Shown here piece by piece: positions 27,671 to 37,910 of a stretch of 64,000 nucleotides of DNA (the stretch's first letter is position 1; every line of letters starts with the position of its first letter). A program made the translations under genes and the position numbers. Source of the stretch: Polyangiales bacterium. GTDB taxonomy: Bacteria > Myxococcota_A > Polyangia > Polyangiales > Ga0077539. Location: the NCBI GenBank assembly GCA_044229975.1, contig JBGARZ010000001.1:192001-256000 (forward strand), written 5' to 3'. Below the pieces are notes generated by a model that had not been told where the DNA came from, searched no databases, and saw nothing but the letters and a program-made list of their open reading frames with translations.

Positions 27671-29101
27671 ATGCATGTGCACCTGATTGGTGTGGCGGGC
27701 ACCGGAATGGGCGCCTTCGCGGGACTGCTCAAGGCGGCGGGGCACCGGGTGACCGGGAGCGACACGACGTTCTATCCGCCGATGGGGGACGCGCTGAAGG
27801 CGTACGGGGTGGAGACGATGACGGGCTGGGACCCGGCGCACCTCGACCCGCGGCCCGACCTCGTCGTGGTCGGAAACGTGTGTCGCAAGGACAACCCCGA
27901 GGCGCGCGCGGCCATCGACCACGGGATGGCGTACCGCTCGTTTCCGAAGGCGCTGGGCGAGCTGTTTCTCGCGACGCGGCGCTCGCTGGTCGTCGCCGGA
28001 ACGCACGGCAAGACCACCACCACCGCGCTGGTGTCGTGGTTGTTGGAAGCGTGCGGACACGACCCGTCGTTTCTGGTCGGCGGCCTCGCGAAGAACTTCG
28101 ACGCCAGCTACCGACTGGGCAAGGGCGCGGCCTTCGTGGTGGAGGGCGACGAGTACGACTCGGCGTTCTTCGAGAAGACCCCGAAGTTCTGGGCGTACCG
28201 GCCGTGGGGCGCGATCGTGACCTCCCTCGAACACGACCACGTGGACATCTACCCGACGGCCGACTCGTACCGTGATGCCTTCGTGGGCTTCGCGTCGCGC
28301 ATCGCACCCGAAGGGGTGCTGGTGGCCCACGCGCGGGACGCGGAGGTGGTGGCCATCGCGAAGCGGAGCAGTGCGCGGGTGGTGCACTACGGGCTGAGCG
28401 CGGATGAGTTTCCCGATGGGGTGACGCCGACGTGGACGGCTGCGGCCATCGCGCCGACGGCAGGGGTGCAGCCCTTCGAGTTGTTCATCGGGGGGTCGTG
28501 CGCGGGGCGGTTCTTCTCGCCGCTCATGGGCGAGCACAACCTGCGCAACACGGTCGCGGCGATGGCACTGCTCGCCGAGGGAATGGGGCTCCCGATTCCG
28601 TTGATGGCCAAGGCGCTGCGCGAGTTCAAGGGCGTCAAGCGCCGGCAGGATCTCGTCGCGACGGCGGGCGGCGTTCGCATCTACGACGACTTCGCGCACC
28701 ACCCGACGGCGGTCGACGAGACCCTCCGCGCGATGCGCGCGCACCACCCCGAAGGCAAGCTCATCGCCATCTTCGAGCCGCGCAGCGCCACGGCCTGCCG
28801 ACGCACCCACCAGCACGAGTACCCTGCGGCCTTTCGCGCCGCCGACCTGAGCCTCATCGCCCCGGTCGGCCGCCTCGAAATCCCGCCCGAAGACCGCCTC
28901 GACATCCCTGCCATCGTGCAGGACATCAACCAACATGGCGGCGCGGCCGAGACCTTCGCGGTCGGCCCGCAGAGCGTCGACGAGATCGTCGCCCGCGTCG
29001 CCTCCGTCGCCCGCCCCGGAGACACCGTCGCGGTGCTCTCCAACGGGGCCTTCGGCGGCATCCACGGCAAGCTCACCGCTGCCCTCCAAGGAACACCATG
29101 A
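27671..29101 (+). CDS. mpl: Murein peptide ligase (Mpl/MurC family)
   Basis: HLIGVAGTGMG, VAGTHGKTTT, EGDEYDSAFF, DDFAHHPTA, FEPRS, SNGAFGGIH. Confidence 0.88.
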   Translation: MHVHLIGVAGTGMGAFAGLLKAAGHRVTGSDTTFYPPMGDALKAYGVETMTGWDPAHLDPRPDLVVVGNVCRKDNPEARAAIDHGMAYRSFPKALGELFLATRRSLVVAGTHGKTTTTALVSWLLEACGHDPSFLVGGLAKNFDASYRLGKGAAFVVEGDEYDSAFFEKTPKFWAYRPWGAIVTSLEHDHVDIYPTADSYRDAFVGFASRIAPEGVLVAHARDAEVVAIAKRSSARVVHYGLSADEFPDGVTPTWTAAAIAPTAGVQPFELFIGGSCAGRFFSPLMGEHNLRNTVAAMALLAEGMGLPIPLMAKALREFKGVKRRQDLVATAGGVRIYDDFAHHPTAVDETLRAMRAHHPEGKLIAIFEPRSATACRRTHQHEYPAAFRAADLSLIAPVGRLEIPPEDRLDIPAIVQDINQHGGAAETFAVGPQSVDEIVARVASVARPGDTVAVLSNGAFGGIHGKLTAALQGTP

Positions 29102-30990
29102 CCGATCCCACTACCCGCACGGCCCGTGGCCGCGTCGCCGTCCACCCGCGAGGCTTCGGCTTCTTCACGGAAGAAGACACCGAACCCCCGCGCAGCGCCT
29201 TCATCGTCCCGCCAGAGCTCAACGCCTTCCTCGCCGACGACATCGTCGACGCCACCATCACCGTCGGCGACGACGGGCGCTCCAACGCCGCCGCGCTCCA
29301 CCTCGTCGAGCGGCCCCGCACCGAGCTCTTCGGCACCGTGGTCATCCACCGCGGCGCCCCCTACCTCAAGGTCGACCGCGAGGTCGCCAACACCGACTGG
29401 GCCCTTGTCCACACGGGGCCCGCGCCCGTCGCCGGAGCTCATGTGCTCGCGCGGGTCGACGGCACGAAGGCCGTGCTGGTCGACGTGCTGGAGACGCCCG
29501 ACGCACAGACGCTCGCGCAGGTGATCGCCCGTCACGGCATCGCCACCGTGGTGACGCCCGAAGCGCTCGCCGAGGCGCAGGCGGCGCGCGGCATCGCCCA
29601 CACGGCGACGGGCCGACGCGACCTGCGTGGCGTCCCCACGGTGACCATCGACGCGGCGTCGACGCGCGACATCGACGACGCCATCAGCGTGCTGCCCGCC
29701 GACGAGGAGGGTGCCATCCGTCTGCTGGTCTCCATCGCGGACGTGGGGGCGTTTGTCCCGGAGGGCGGCGCGCTCGACGCGGACGCACGACGACGGGCGA
29801 CGAGCGTGTACCTGGCGGGGCGGGTGATTCCGATGCTGCCCGACGGGCTGTCGTCGGAGTGGATCTCGCTGCTCCCGGGCGTCGATCGCATGTGCATGAC
29901 CGCGGAGCTGCGCATCGACGCCGAGGGCGCCGTGGTGGCGGTGGACGTGTACGAGAGCGTGATCCGATCGTGGGCGCGGCTCACCTACGACGAGGTGGCG
30001 GACTTCCTCGACCACGGCGACGTCTCGCCCGCGATGGAGCCCGTCTACGAAGCGGCGCCCTGGTGGCGCACGGTGTCGGCGCGGCTGCACATCGCGCGGA
30101 CGCGGCGAGGCGGCGTAGAGGTGGCGCGCGACGAGACCTTCGTGGTGCTCGACGCGGTGACGGGTCTCGCGACGGGCATCGAGGCGCACCGGCCCACGTC
30201 GGCGCACGTGCTCATCGAGCGGTGCATGGTGGCGGCCAACGAGGCCGTGGCGCGCTGGCTGGTGGAGCGCGGGGTGCCGGGGGTGTTTCGCGTGCACGAC
30301 GTTCCGGGGCCAGACGCGGTGCGCGAGCTGTCGGAGGTGGCCGAGCGCTTCGGGTACGCGTCGGGCTTCGGCGCGAAGCTGTCGCCGCTGTCGCTCGCGG
30401 CCTTCGATCATCAGATCACCGGGTCGCCGAGCGAGCCCGCGATTCGCGGCGTGCTGCTGCGGTCGCTCGGTCCGGCGCGGTACACGGTTCATCCGGCGCC
30501 GCACTTCGGGCTCGCGGCGCCGCTGTATCTGCACTTCACGTCGCCCATCCGTCGCTACGCCGACCTCGCAGTGCACCGTCTGTTGAAGGCGTACCTGCAC
30601 GGCGCACGGACGTGGTCGATGCGCGACCCGGAGGTGGAGTCGCTCGCGAAGCACATCAACACGCGCGCACGGTTGGCGGCGCGGGCGGAGACCGATCGTC
30701 ACCGGATGCTGGTCGCGGGGTACATGACCCGGCACATCGGCGAGAGCTTCAGCGCGCGCATCGTGAAGGTGCGGCCGTTCGGGCTGGTGGCGCAGATCGA
30801 CACGACGCTGGTGGAGGGGACGCTGGCCTTCGAGGTGCTGCCCGATGGGCCGTACCAGGTGGAGGCGGCGGGCGGTGCGGCGCGGTCGGTGAAGCGCCGG
30901 TACGCGGTGGGCGACGCCGTGCGGGTGACGGTGATGCGGACGGATGCATCACTGGGTCGGGTGGATCTCGCGCTCACTGCGGCGGGGTGA
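29098..30990 (+). CDS. RNB-family exoribonuclease (RNase R/II)
   Basis: HPRGFGF, TIDAASTRDIDDA, IERCMVAANE, HFTSPIRRYADL, C-terminal S1 domain. Confidence 0.9.
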   Translation: MTDPTTRTARGRVAVHPRGFGFFTEEDTEPPRSAFIVPPELNAFLADDIVDATITVGDDGRSNAAALHLVERPRTELFGTVVIHRGAPYLKVDREVANTDWALVHTGPAPVAGAHVLARVDGTKAVLVDVLETPDAQTLAQVIARHGIATVVTPEALAEAQAARGIAHTATGRRDLRGVPTVTIDAASTRDIDDAISVLPADEEGAIRLLVSIADVGAFVPEGGALDADARRRATSVYLAGRVIPMLPDGLSSEWISLLPGVDRMCMTAELRIDAEGAVVAVDVYESVIRSWARLTYDEVADFLDHGDVSPAMEPVYEAAPWWRTVSARLHIARTRRGGVEVARDETFVVLDAVTGLATGIEAHRPTSAHVLIERCMVAANEAVARWLVERGVPGVFRVHDVPGPDAVRELSEVAERFGYASGFGAKLSPLSLAAFDHQITGSPSEPAIRGVLLRSLGPARYTVHPAPHFGLAAPLYLHFTSPIRRYADLAVHRLLKAYLHGARTWSMRDPEVESLAKHINTRARLAARAETDRHRMLVAGYMTRHIGESFSARIVKVRPFGLVAQIDTTLVEGTLAFEVLPDGPYQVEAAGGAARSVKRRYAVGDAVRVTVMRTDASLGRVDLALTAAG

Positions 30991-31005
30991 TCGCGACGGC
31001 GGGCG

Positions 31006-31656
31006 TCACGTCGGCGACGCGAGGTCGGCCAGCATGAACACCCGACGTGCGTCGAACTCCAGTTCGTCGAAGGGAGCGAGGGCCTTCACGGCTGTTCGTC
31101 CCGCGACGTCGACCGGCTCGAAGTCACGCTCTCCGCGCCGGTATACGATGAGCTGCGAGCGCACGAGGTCCACCAACCAGTAGTGCCCCACGCCGGCGGC
31201 CCAGTACGCGCGCCACTTCAACCCGTCATCCTCGTCGCGTGCCCGGGTCGACTCAGACAGCACCTCGCACACCCAGTCGGGCGGCGTCATGTACACCCCG
31301 AGGTGTCGCTCGCCGACGTTGACCTTGCGCGGCGGCGCCGGGTGCGTCGCAACCCGCCAGCCGACAAGGGCGGGGCGCAAACCCTGGCCGCCGACGTAGA
31401 GGTCTACCTCCTGGCTCATCCACCACCCGCCACCGCCGGAGCGCGGCGGTCCCCGCAAGCGCCCGATCTGCTCGGACACCCCGATGACGGCGTCGCCGTG
31501 CTCGAAGCTCGGCATCGCCTTGTAGCGGATGCATCCGCCGATGAGCTCGGCGCGGTCTCCCGCGGGGAGCGACAGCCACGCATCCAGCCTGCTCTGGGCA
31601 ATGGACGGCGTCGCTGGCAGCTCGTTGGTCGACGGTCCGGTCCCGGTCGCTTCCAT
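31006..31656 (-). CDS. Uma2-family endonuclease-like protein
   Basis: AELIGG, PSFEHG, PDWVCEVLS, K..Y..AGVGHYWLVD. Confidence 0.85.
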   Translation of the reverse strand: MEATGTGPSTNELPATPSIAQSRLDAWLSLPAGDRAELIGGCIRYKAMPSFEHGDAVIGVSEQIGRLRGPPRSGGGGWWMSQEVDLYVGGQGLRPALVGWRVATHPAPPRKVNVGERHLGVYMTPPDWVCEVLSESTRARDEDDGLKWRAYWAAGVGHYWLVDLVRSQLIVYRRGERDFEPVDVAGRTAVKALAPFDELEFDARRVFMLADLASPT

Positions 31657-31849
31657 GCGTGCCAGCGTACCACCGCAGCGCGCTCACCCCCTGCGCCGCG
31701 CCGACGACCCGCGTGCCTCCCCTTCTCTCGGCCCAGTCCACCGACTACGGTGATGTCGTGGTGCTCCACCCATTGAGGCGCGCTTCGTCGGCGACGCGCT
31801 GTGCGCGCCCAACGCGCGCTGGGTCGACGTCAACGAGAGCTGGTACGAC

Positions 31850-32164
31850 GTGGTCGAGCCCACGTGGGATCCGCAAGGCGTCGGCCCGGGAGAGTGCCCG
31901 CTGGTCGAAGACCGATGCCCCGCCCACTGCTCGGAGGTCAGCGGCAATGTGTTGGATGGCACCAACCGCTGCGAGGCCCCGGCACGGACGGTCGCGTGCT
32001 CGCGCGCCGAGTTCGTGGTGAGCAACCACCAGCCGATGTGCCGGGTACTACGGGCGACGGGCCACCGCTATGTCTTCATCGTCGAGGCTCCGTTGGAGCC
32101 GGCGTTTGTCGGTTGGCGGGCGTGCACCGAGGCCGAGTCGGCGCCGTCGCCTTCGTGCCCGTAG
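31850..32164 (+). CDS. Small Cys-containing hypothetical protein, possibly a truncated remnant
   Basis: Frame is open from 31754 but has no start codon until GTG 31850; plausible composition. Confidence 0.3.
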   Translation: MVEPTWDPQGVGPGECPLVEDRCPAHCSEVSGNVLDGTNRCEAPARTVACSRAEFVVSNHQPMCRVLRATGHRYVFIVEAPLEPAFVGWRACTEAESAPSPSCP

Positions 32165-32177
32165 GGGACGCTTCCGC

Positions 32178-32819
32178 TCAGTAGTCGTTGTCCTCGTCGC
32201 GGCTCGTGCTGCGCCAGATCTCGGCGTACTTCTCGCGCACCATCGGCGCGAGCTCCCCGACCAGATCGAGCGGCAACCCGCCGTGTCGAATGAGTTCCTG
32301 AACGTCCGCCAGATCCTTCAGTCGATCAGGGTTGGTCAGGCCCGAAGCGAGCTTGAGCTCCACCAGATAGCGCACCGGCAGCACCATCACGGCATCGCCC
32401 TGCACCGCCACCGTCGGCGCAGGAAAGCTGACCTCCTTGGGCTTCCCGTCGCCTGGGAAGTCACCTGTCAGGAGCACGTCGATCTTTACCCCGAGCTCTG
32501 TGTCTCGCATGCCCTTCGAGCCGGGGAAGCGCTCCAGATAGCCGCGACCGAGATGCCTTGCCTTGAAGGCGGCGAGCCCCGCGACGTCGAGGAGTACGTC
32601 CACGTCCGTCGTGACGCGCCGGTAGCCCCAGATGTTGAGGGCCATCGCCCCCGCGATCGCGTAGGGAATCCCGTCCTCTTCGAGGGTCCGGCAGAGCTTC
32701 CGCATCGCCTTGTGGACTTCATCGGTGCCCAAGAAGAACCTCTCGGCGAACTGCACCCCTTCCCAGAAGCGCTGCGACTGCTGCGGCGTGAGGGCGGTGG
32801 GTGGGTGAACGGTGCTCAC
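32178..32819 (-). CDS. Nucleotidyltransferase-fold protein (AbiEii/DUF6036-like)
   Basis: IPYAIAGAMAL..GYRRVTTDVDVLL, LVELKLASG, R.KDLADV. Confidence 0.75.
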   Translation of the reverse strand: MSTVHPPTALTPQQSQRFWEGVQFAERFFLGTDEVHKAMRKLCRTLEEDGIPYAIAGAMALNIWGYRRVTTDVDVLLDVAGLAAFKARHLGRGYLERFPGSKGMRDTELGVKIDVLLTGDFPGDGKPKEVSFPAPTVAVQGDAVMVLPVRYLVELKLASGLTNPDRLKDLADVQELIRHGGLPLDLVGELAPMVREKYAEIWRSTSRDEDNDY

Positions 32820-33553
32820 GGTCGTTCGGAGCGTAGGCCCAACGGTCCGCCTGGGTCGAGTAGCTGCTCCGGCGGGGTGATCGGGGCAGCGCGTGGGGGC
32901 ACTCGGCGATAGCGCCCGGTATCGCCGTCGAGGCAGAGCCGGTCGACCTCGCGCGCGCCCTGCAGTCCGCTCAGACAACGCGGCTCGTCGGCTGCCGGCT
33001 GGAGTCGAAACCGTGGGGGCGGATGTCCCCGCTGAAGTCGCTCGTCGTAGACGAAACGGCCCAGTTCGCGGAACTCGCGCGGGGCAGGATCGTAAGCCCA
33101 GATGGAAAAGAACCAGCCGCCGTAGTCGCCGCCGTACAGGTTGGCCTCAGCGAAGAGGATGAACGCCCGACCGCCGTGGGTGAGCACCTGGAGCCCTTCG
33201 ACACCCCAGCCGTTCATGTCCTCTCGGCCGACCACCAGGCCGCGGCGAGGGCATGGACCCGCCGGGTTCGTAGGGCCCACGGAGACCTCGGCCAGCACTC
33301 CACTGGTCGAGTCGCGCCGCGCGACCAAGACGACGTCGTCGTGGCCGTCACCGTTCAGATCGGTCGTCGCGACCCGTCGCCGGACAGCGACGTCGGGCCG
33401 GAGCTGTAGCGAACGCGCAGGCCCAGGACCGCTCCACCAATAGGCCGGGTCGGACGCCTGGAGGTCCTCTTCGCGGGGGACGGGCGGCGTCTGTGCCAAC
33501 ACCGTCGACGAGAGCCACAGGCCGAGCACACCGCACCAACCGCCGACTCTCAT
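32816..33553 (-). CDS. Secreted hypothetical protein
   Basis: Signal peptide; one DLNGDGHDD motif; start and stop overlap the neighbours. Confidence 0.6.
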   Translation of the reverse strand: MRVGGWCGVLGLWLSSTVLAQTPPVPREEDLQASDPAYWWSGPGPARSLQLRPDVAVRRRVATTDLNGDGHDDVVLVARRDSTSGVLAEVSVGPTNPAGPCPRRGLVVGREDMNGWGVEGLQVLTHGGRAFILFAEANLYGGDYGGWFFSIWAYDPAPREFRELGRFVYDERLQRGHPPPRFRLQPAADEPRCLSGLQGAREVDRLCLDGDTGRYRRVPPRAAPITPPEQLLDPGGPLGLRSERP

Positions 33554-33885
33554 CGTTCCAGATCGTAGCGTGGTGGGTCCCAATCTTCGTGGAAGAACAC
33601 ATAAGCCCGAGGCCACGAGCGCGGTCCACCAACGGCCGACCAACGCTCCGCCAGCCACGGCAAGATCTCAGCTTCCAGCGGAGCGAAGACGTCCACGTCG
33701 GCCGCCACCGCGGCGTCGAGCAGCTCCGGGGTGAGCGCGTCGTAGACGGCCATGCCCGCCACGATCTCCTCCTCGGTCTCCACCAGCGTGACCCGGTAGT
33801 CGTCGGCGCTGATCTCGAAGCGCAGCGCTCTGTCGACCTCGCGCCCGGAATGGCGAGGAGAAACCGCAAGGGCGCGAGGGCGCAA
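33550..33885 (-). CDS. Small acidic hypothetical protein (start uncertain)
   Basis: Stop overlaps the next ATG; WLAERW..GGP..AYVFFH..RYDL. Confidence 0.4.
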   Translation of the reverse strand: MRPRALAVSPRHSGREVDRALRFEISADDYRVTLVETEEEIVAGMAVYDALTPELLDAAVAADVDVFAPLEAEILPWLAERWSAVGGPRSWPRAYVFFHEDWDPPRYDLER

Positions 33886-34067
33886 GAGTCACGGGGCGGA
33901 CGGTCTTCACTGCGAGCGATGCTTCGGCTTCGCGAGAGGATCGGGCCCACGAGAAGAAGCATGGTGAGCTGGTGGTTGGGGCGCCTCTCCTTCGCATCCA
34001 TTGCGACCATTGCGGTTTGAGGCTCCATCGTCGCCGCGTTGTGAGCGGTGATGGCATCATCGCGGCC

Positions 34068-36326
34068 ATGACGACCGGTGAGGGGCGTGAGGGTGGTGCC
34101 GCTGGGGCGTCGCGAGGGTTGCCCGCGGTCGCGTACACGTTCGAGAGCGCAAGCGCCGAACACCCCTGGCGGGTGCGGCGCGCGACCATCCACGAGGGCC
34201 TCTCGACGGTGACCGAGTCGTCGCTGGAGCTCACCTGCGAGCACGCCGACGCCGACCCGGCGCTGCTGCTCGGGCGCGATGCGACGCTCGCGTTCTCCCG
34301 GCGGAGCGACACGCGGCGGGTGCAGGGCATCGTGTCGCGCGTCGCGTCGCTCGGCGTGCGCGACGGAAAGGTGCACGCGCGGGTGACGCTCGTCCCGGCG
34401 ATGTGGTCGCTCTCGCAGCGACGCGACTCGCGGGTGTTCGAAGGCATGACAGTGGAGCAGGTGATACGCGCCGTCGTCGAGGAGGCGCTGCGGCCGTATC
34501 GGCGGGTCGTTCGCTTCGCCATCCAACGCACGATGCCAGTGCGCGAGCACTGCGTGCAGTACCGCGAGACCGACCTGGAGTTCGTCGAGCGCGTCGCGGC
34601 CGAGGAGGGCATCGGGTACGTCGTGGTCGAGGGAGAGGCACACGAAGAGGTGCTCTTCTTCGACGGCGCCCACGCGCACGCGGTCTACGCTGGGGCGGAC
34701 GGCGATCGCGTGGCGGTGACCGGCGAGGGCCACGGCACCCATCCCCACGAGTCGCTGCGCCGCTTCGAGGCCACCGCCGCCCTCACCTCCACCAGCGCCG
34801 CGGTCATGGACTACGACTGGACCAACCCCAGCCTCCGCGTCGCCCACGAGAGCCGCAGCGTCGATGCGGCGGGCGTCGATCGCGAGGTGTACCGCCACCC
34901 CGCGGACGTGATCTTCGACCGCTACGACGCGCATGCGTACGGCCGCAACGACGTGGCCCACCGCGCGACCCTGGAGGCGCAGCGATCGCGACAGGTCGGG
35001 CTCACGTTCACGGGCGAAGGGTCGGTCACCGGCCTGCGACCGGGGACGCTCTTTCGCCTGGAGGGTCATCGCATCGAGGGCGTCGATCGTGAGTACCTCG
35101 TGACCGCCGTGCGCCATCACTGCGTGGCCGCCGAGGAGACGCGAGACGACCACGACGGCGCGCGACACGAGGCGCCATACCGCAACGAGGTGACCTGCGT
35201 CGCGTCGACGGTGAGCGTGCGGCCCGAGCGGATCCACCGGCGGGCGCGCATCCATGGTCCGCAGACGGCGCGCGTCGTGAGCGCGGGCGGCGACGAGGTG
35301 GAGACGGAGCACTATGGGCGGGTGCGCGTTCGCTTCCACTGGGAGCGTGATGGGCGCTCGCCCGACGACACCCAGCGGGCGTGGGTGCGCGTCGCGCAGG
35401 CGTGGGCGGGCAACGGGTTTGGCGTGGTGTTTGTTCCGCGCAGGGACATGGAGGTGGTGGTGCAGTTCATCGACGGCGACCCCGACCGGCCGCTCGTCAC
35501 GGGCGCCGTCTACAACGGCACGCACCCGCCGCCGTACGACCTGGAGCGACCGGCGTCGGTGACGCGCTCGGTGATCCGTACCCAGAGCACGCCGGGCGGA
35601 GACCCCGCGCACTACAACGAGCTCAGCTTCCAGGATCAGGCCGGGCGCGAGGAGGTCTTCGTGCGGGCCCAGCGCGACCTGCGCGAAGAGGTGCTGCACG
35701 ACCACGCGACGCACGTGCACGCCGCGCAGTCCAACACCGTCGACGCGTCGCAGACCGAGCGCATCGGGGTCGACCAGAGCCTGCGCGTGCAGCGCGACCG
35801 CCACGGGGTCGTCGACCGCGACGACGCGCTGCTCGTGCGCCGCAACCGGGGCGTGAGGGTTCTCGGCGACGACACGCACGGGGTCGCGGGCGAGCACCGG
35901 GTGCGCATCGACGGGCGCGAGGAGCGGGTGGTCGGAGGCACCGGGCGGGACACCACCATCGAGCGCCGGGACGAGCTCACGGTCAACGGCTCGGTGCACA
36001 CGCACGTGCGCGACGGCTTCGACGTGCTCGCGGATGCGTCCATCGGGTTGATGGCGCCCAACATCACCATCGAGGCTGCCCACAACGCGCGGGTGCAGTG
36101 CGGTGAGAGCACGGTCGTCACGCTCGAACGCGACGGCGCGTTGGAAGCACGGGCGCCGAAGGCCATCCGGGTGATGGTGGGCGCCTGCACCGTCACGCTG
36201 ACGGCGGGCGGCGTGGAGCTCGACTCGGGCGGCGGCGCGAAGGTCTCGCTGGCCGGGCCCGACATCAACATCAACGCCACCGGCGAGGTGCGCATCAACG
36301 GCGCGATGGTGCGGCTCAACAGCTGA
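34068..36326 (+). CDS. vgrG: Type VI secretion spike protein VgrG
   Basis: CVQYRETDLEFVER, GPQTARVV, YGRVRVRFHW, WVRVAQAWAG, FIDGDPDRPLVTGAVYN, YNELSFQD. Confidence 0.95.
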   Translation: MTTGEGREGGAAGASRGLPAVAYTFESASAEHPWRVRRATIHEGLSTVTESSLELTCEHADADPALLLGRDATLAFSRRSDTRRVQGIVSRVASLGVRDGKVHARVTLVPAMWSLSQRRDSRVFEGMTVEQVIRAVVEEALRPYRRVVRFAIQRTMPVREHCVQYRETDLEFVERVAAEEGIGYVVVEGEAHEEVLFFDGAHAHAVYAGADGDRVAVTGEGHGTHPHESLRRFEATAALTSTSAAVMDYDWTNPSLRVAHESRSVDAAGVDREVYRHPADVIFDRYDAHAYGRNDVAHRATLEAQRSRQVGLTFTGEGSVTGLRPGTLFRLEGHRIEGVDREYLVTAVRHHCVAAEETRDDHDGARHEAPYRNEVTCVASTVSVRPERIHRRARIHGPQTARVVSAGGDEVETEHYGRVRVRFHWERDGRSPDDTQRAWVRVAQAWAGNGFGVVFVPRRDMEVVVQFIDGDPDRPLVTGAVYNGTHPPPYDLERPASVTRSVIRTQSTPGGDPAHYNELSFQDQAGREEVFVRAQRDLREEVLHDHATHVHAAQSNTVDASQTERIGVDQSLRVQRDRHGVVDRDDALLVRRNRGVRVLGDDTHGVAGEHRVRIDGREERVVGGTGRDTTIERRDELTVNGSVHTHVRDGFDVLADASIGLMAPNITIEAAHNARVQCGESTVVTLERDGALEARAPKAIRVMVGACTVTLTAGGVELDSGGGAKVSLAGPDININATGEVRINGAMVRLNS

Positions 36327-36329
36327 GGG

Positions 36330-36941
36330 TCACCGCGCGGTGCGGTCGATCCAGGCGAAGAAGTCGGCGCCGACGGCGCGGTAGAACGGCATCAGCGGGG
36401 GCTCAAGCACCAGCGGCGCGAGGTCTCGCACGCTGCGCGCGGCGGCGACCAATTCGGGGGTCGGCGTGGCCTGGTCGGCGTAGGGCCAGCGAACGCGTTC
36501 GAGGGCGGCGTAGTACTCGGTGCGCTTGTCCTCGAACTGCGCGAGCGACATGCCCGGCGGGAGGCTGAAGTCGCCCCCGCGGAACCCTGGCGGGACGGGG
36601 CCGTGGTACTCGCGGGTCGAGAGCAGCGCGCCCGTCTGGGCGTCGAACTCGACGAAGTGCTCGGTCGCCCAGTACGTGATGGACCCCGGCCGCACCGCCT
36701 GCGGGCCGTACATGAACATCACCGTTGGCCTGTTGCCCGAGCGCCCCGGGATGGGCTGCGACTGGAACGTCTGCGTCGGGTAGACCTGCGCCGTGGTGTG
36801 GCGGGCCCGATCGATGAGGTCTTCGAAGGTCATCAGCTCTTCTCGGCGGCAGGACAGGTAGCGGCCCGGTGGCTGGCACTGTGCCACCGGCGCGCCAAAC
36901 ACCCAGAGCACGAGAACCCAGCGGGTGCCTGCCAGGGTCAT
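36330..36941 (-). CDS. Putative immunity protein for the PAAR effector
   Basis: ATG overlaps the effector stop (ATGA); hydrophobic N-terminus; an alternative start at MTFEDL is possible. Confidence 0.55.
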   Translation of the reverse strand: MTLAGTRWVLVLWVFGAPVAQCQPPGRYLSCRREELMTFEDLIDRARHTTAQVYPTQTFQSQPIPGRSGNRPTVMFMYGPQAVRPGSITYWATEHFVEFDAQTGALLSTREYHGPVPPGFRGGDFSLPPGMSLAQFEDKRTEYYAALERVRWPYADQATPTPELVAAARSVRDLAPLVLEPPLMPFYRAVGADFFAWIDRTAR

Positions 36942-37894
36942 CGCTCCCACACCCGGCCCTCGGTGACCACGAGGTCGCCGCCGTTTCTCGTCATGGCCTT
37001 CTCCATGGCGAAGGCCGTGTACGTCCTGCCGCAGTTGGGAGGTCGGCAGCCCGTGTCGTTGACGACGAAGGCGACGACCCGTCCGTCGGCGTCGTACCGG
37101 GCCCCGGTCACGAGCACGACGTGCCCCGCGCCGGGCGGGGTGCCGTCGTCCCACAGCACCGCTGCGTCGACGGCCGCGAGCACGCCGCGACCCTCCGCGA
37201 CGGCCTGGGCGAGGTTGGCCACGGTCGGGGCCTGGGTTCCCGCGGCGACGCCGTTGTGTTGGAGGAGGGCCCGCGTGCTCCACGGCCACGAGCCGCCGTG
37301 TCGCCCTACCTCGTGGCTCTTCACCGCGAGCGGGAGGGCAACGGTGCCGCCCGGCGGAACCGCCGTCGTGTTGAGCGCCTGGGCGAGCAGCTGCTCCTGG
37401 GTCAACCGCGTGGGCGTGACCGTGTTGATGATCTGGCGCGCCGCTTCGAGCCCGCAGTTGCCGTAGCTCTGCTGGGTGGTCCCCGACGGCATCGGGACGC
37501 CGTGGTCGTTCACCGTACCCGGCGGCGGGTGCCTCGTCTTCGCGGCCTCGGCGCACGCGGCCGACCCTTCCCGGGTGCCGCCGAGCGTCACGCCGACGGT
37601 CGGGCCTCCGATGTCCACGGTGTCGCAACCCGTGATCACGGTGCCGGCCGGCTGGTGCATCGTTCGGTCGCCGCTGCGCGCCGCGGGCAGGCCATCGATC
37701 ATCACGGTCCCGGAGCCCGTGACGATGAAGTCCGGCGGCCCCGAACACACGCACGCATCGGTCGCCCGCGCTTGCGGGAGGAAGCCCGTCACGACGGTGG
37801 GTGACGCAGCCGGAAGCACCGGCCCGCCCACGTGCGGCCCCGGCGAAGAGGCCTGACACTTGTGAAGGTCGGTCAGTCTCGCGGCTCGTGCCAT
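36938..37894 (-). CDS. PAAR-domain protein fused to a papain-like (C39-like) cysteine peptidase; T6SS effector
   Basis: [12 protein letters not shown] motifs with His/Cys ligands; QQSYGNCG, GHVVLVTG, VVNDTG. Confidence 0.85.
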   Translation of the reverse strand: MARAARLTDLHKCQASSPGPHVGGPVLPAASPTVVTGFLPQARATDACVCSGPPDFIVTGSGTVMIDGLPAARSGDRTMHQPAGTVITGCDTVDIGGPTVGVTLGGTREGSAACAEAAKTRHPPPGTVNDHGVPMPSGTTQQSYGNCGLEAARQIINTVTPTRLTQEQLLAQALNTTAVPPGGTVALPLAVKSHEVGRHGGSWPWSTRALLQHNGVAAGTQAPTVANLAQAVAEGRGVLAAVDAAVLWDDGTPPGAGHVVLVTGARYDADGRVVAFVVNDTGCRPPNCGRTYTAFAMEKAMTRNGGDLVVTEGRVWER

Positions 37895-37910
37895 CGTGCC
37901 TCCCGTCGCG

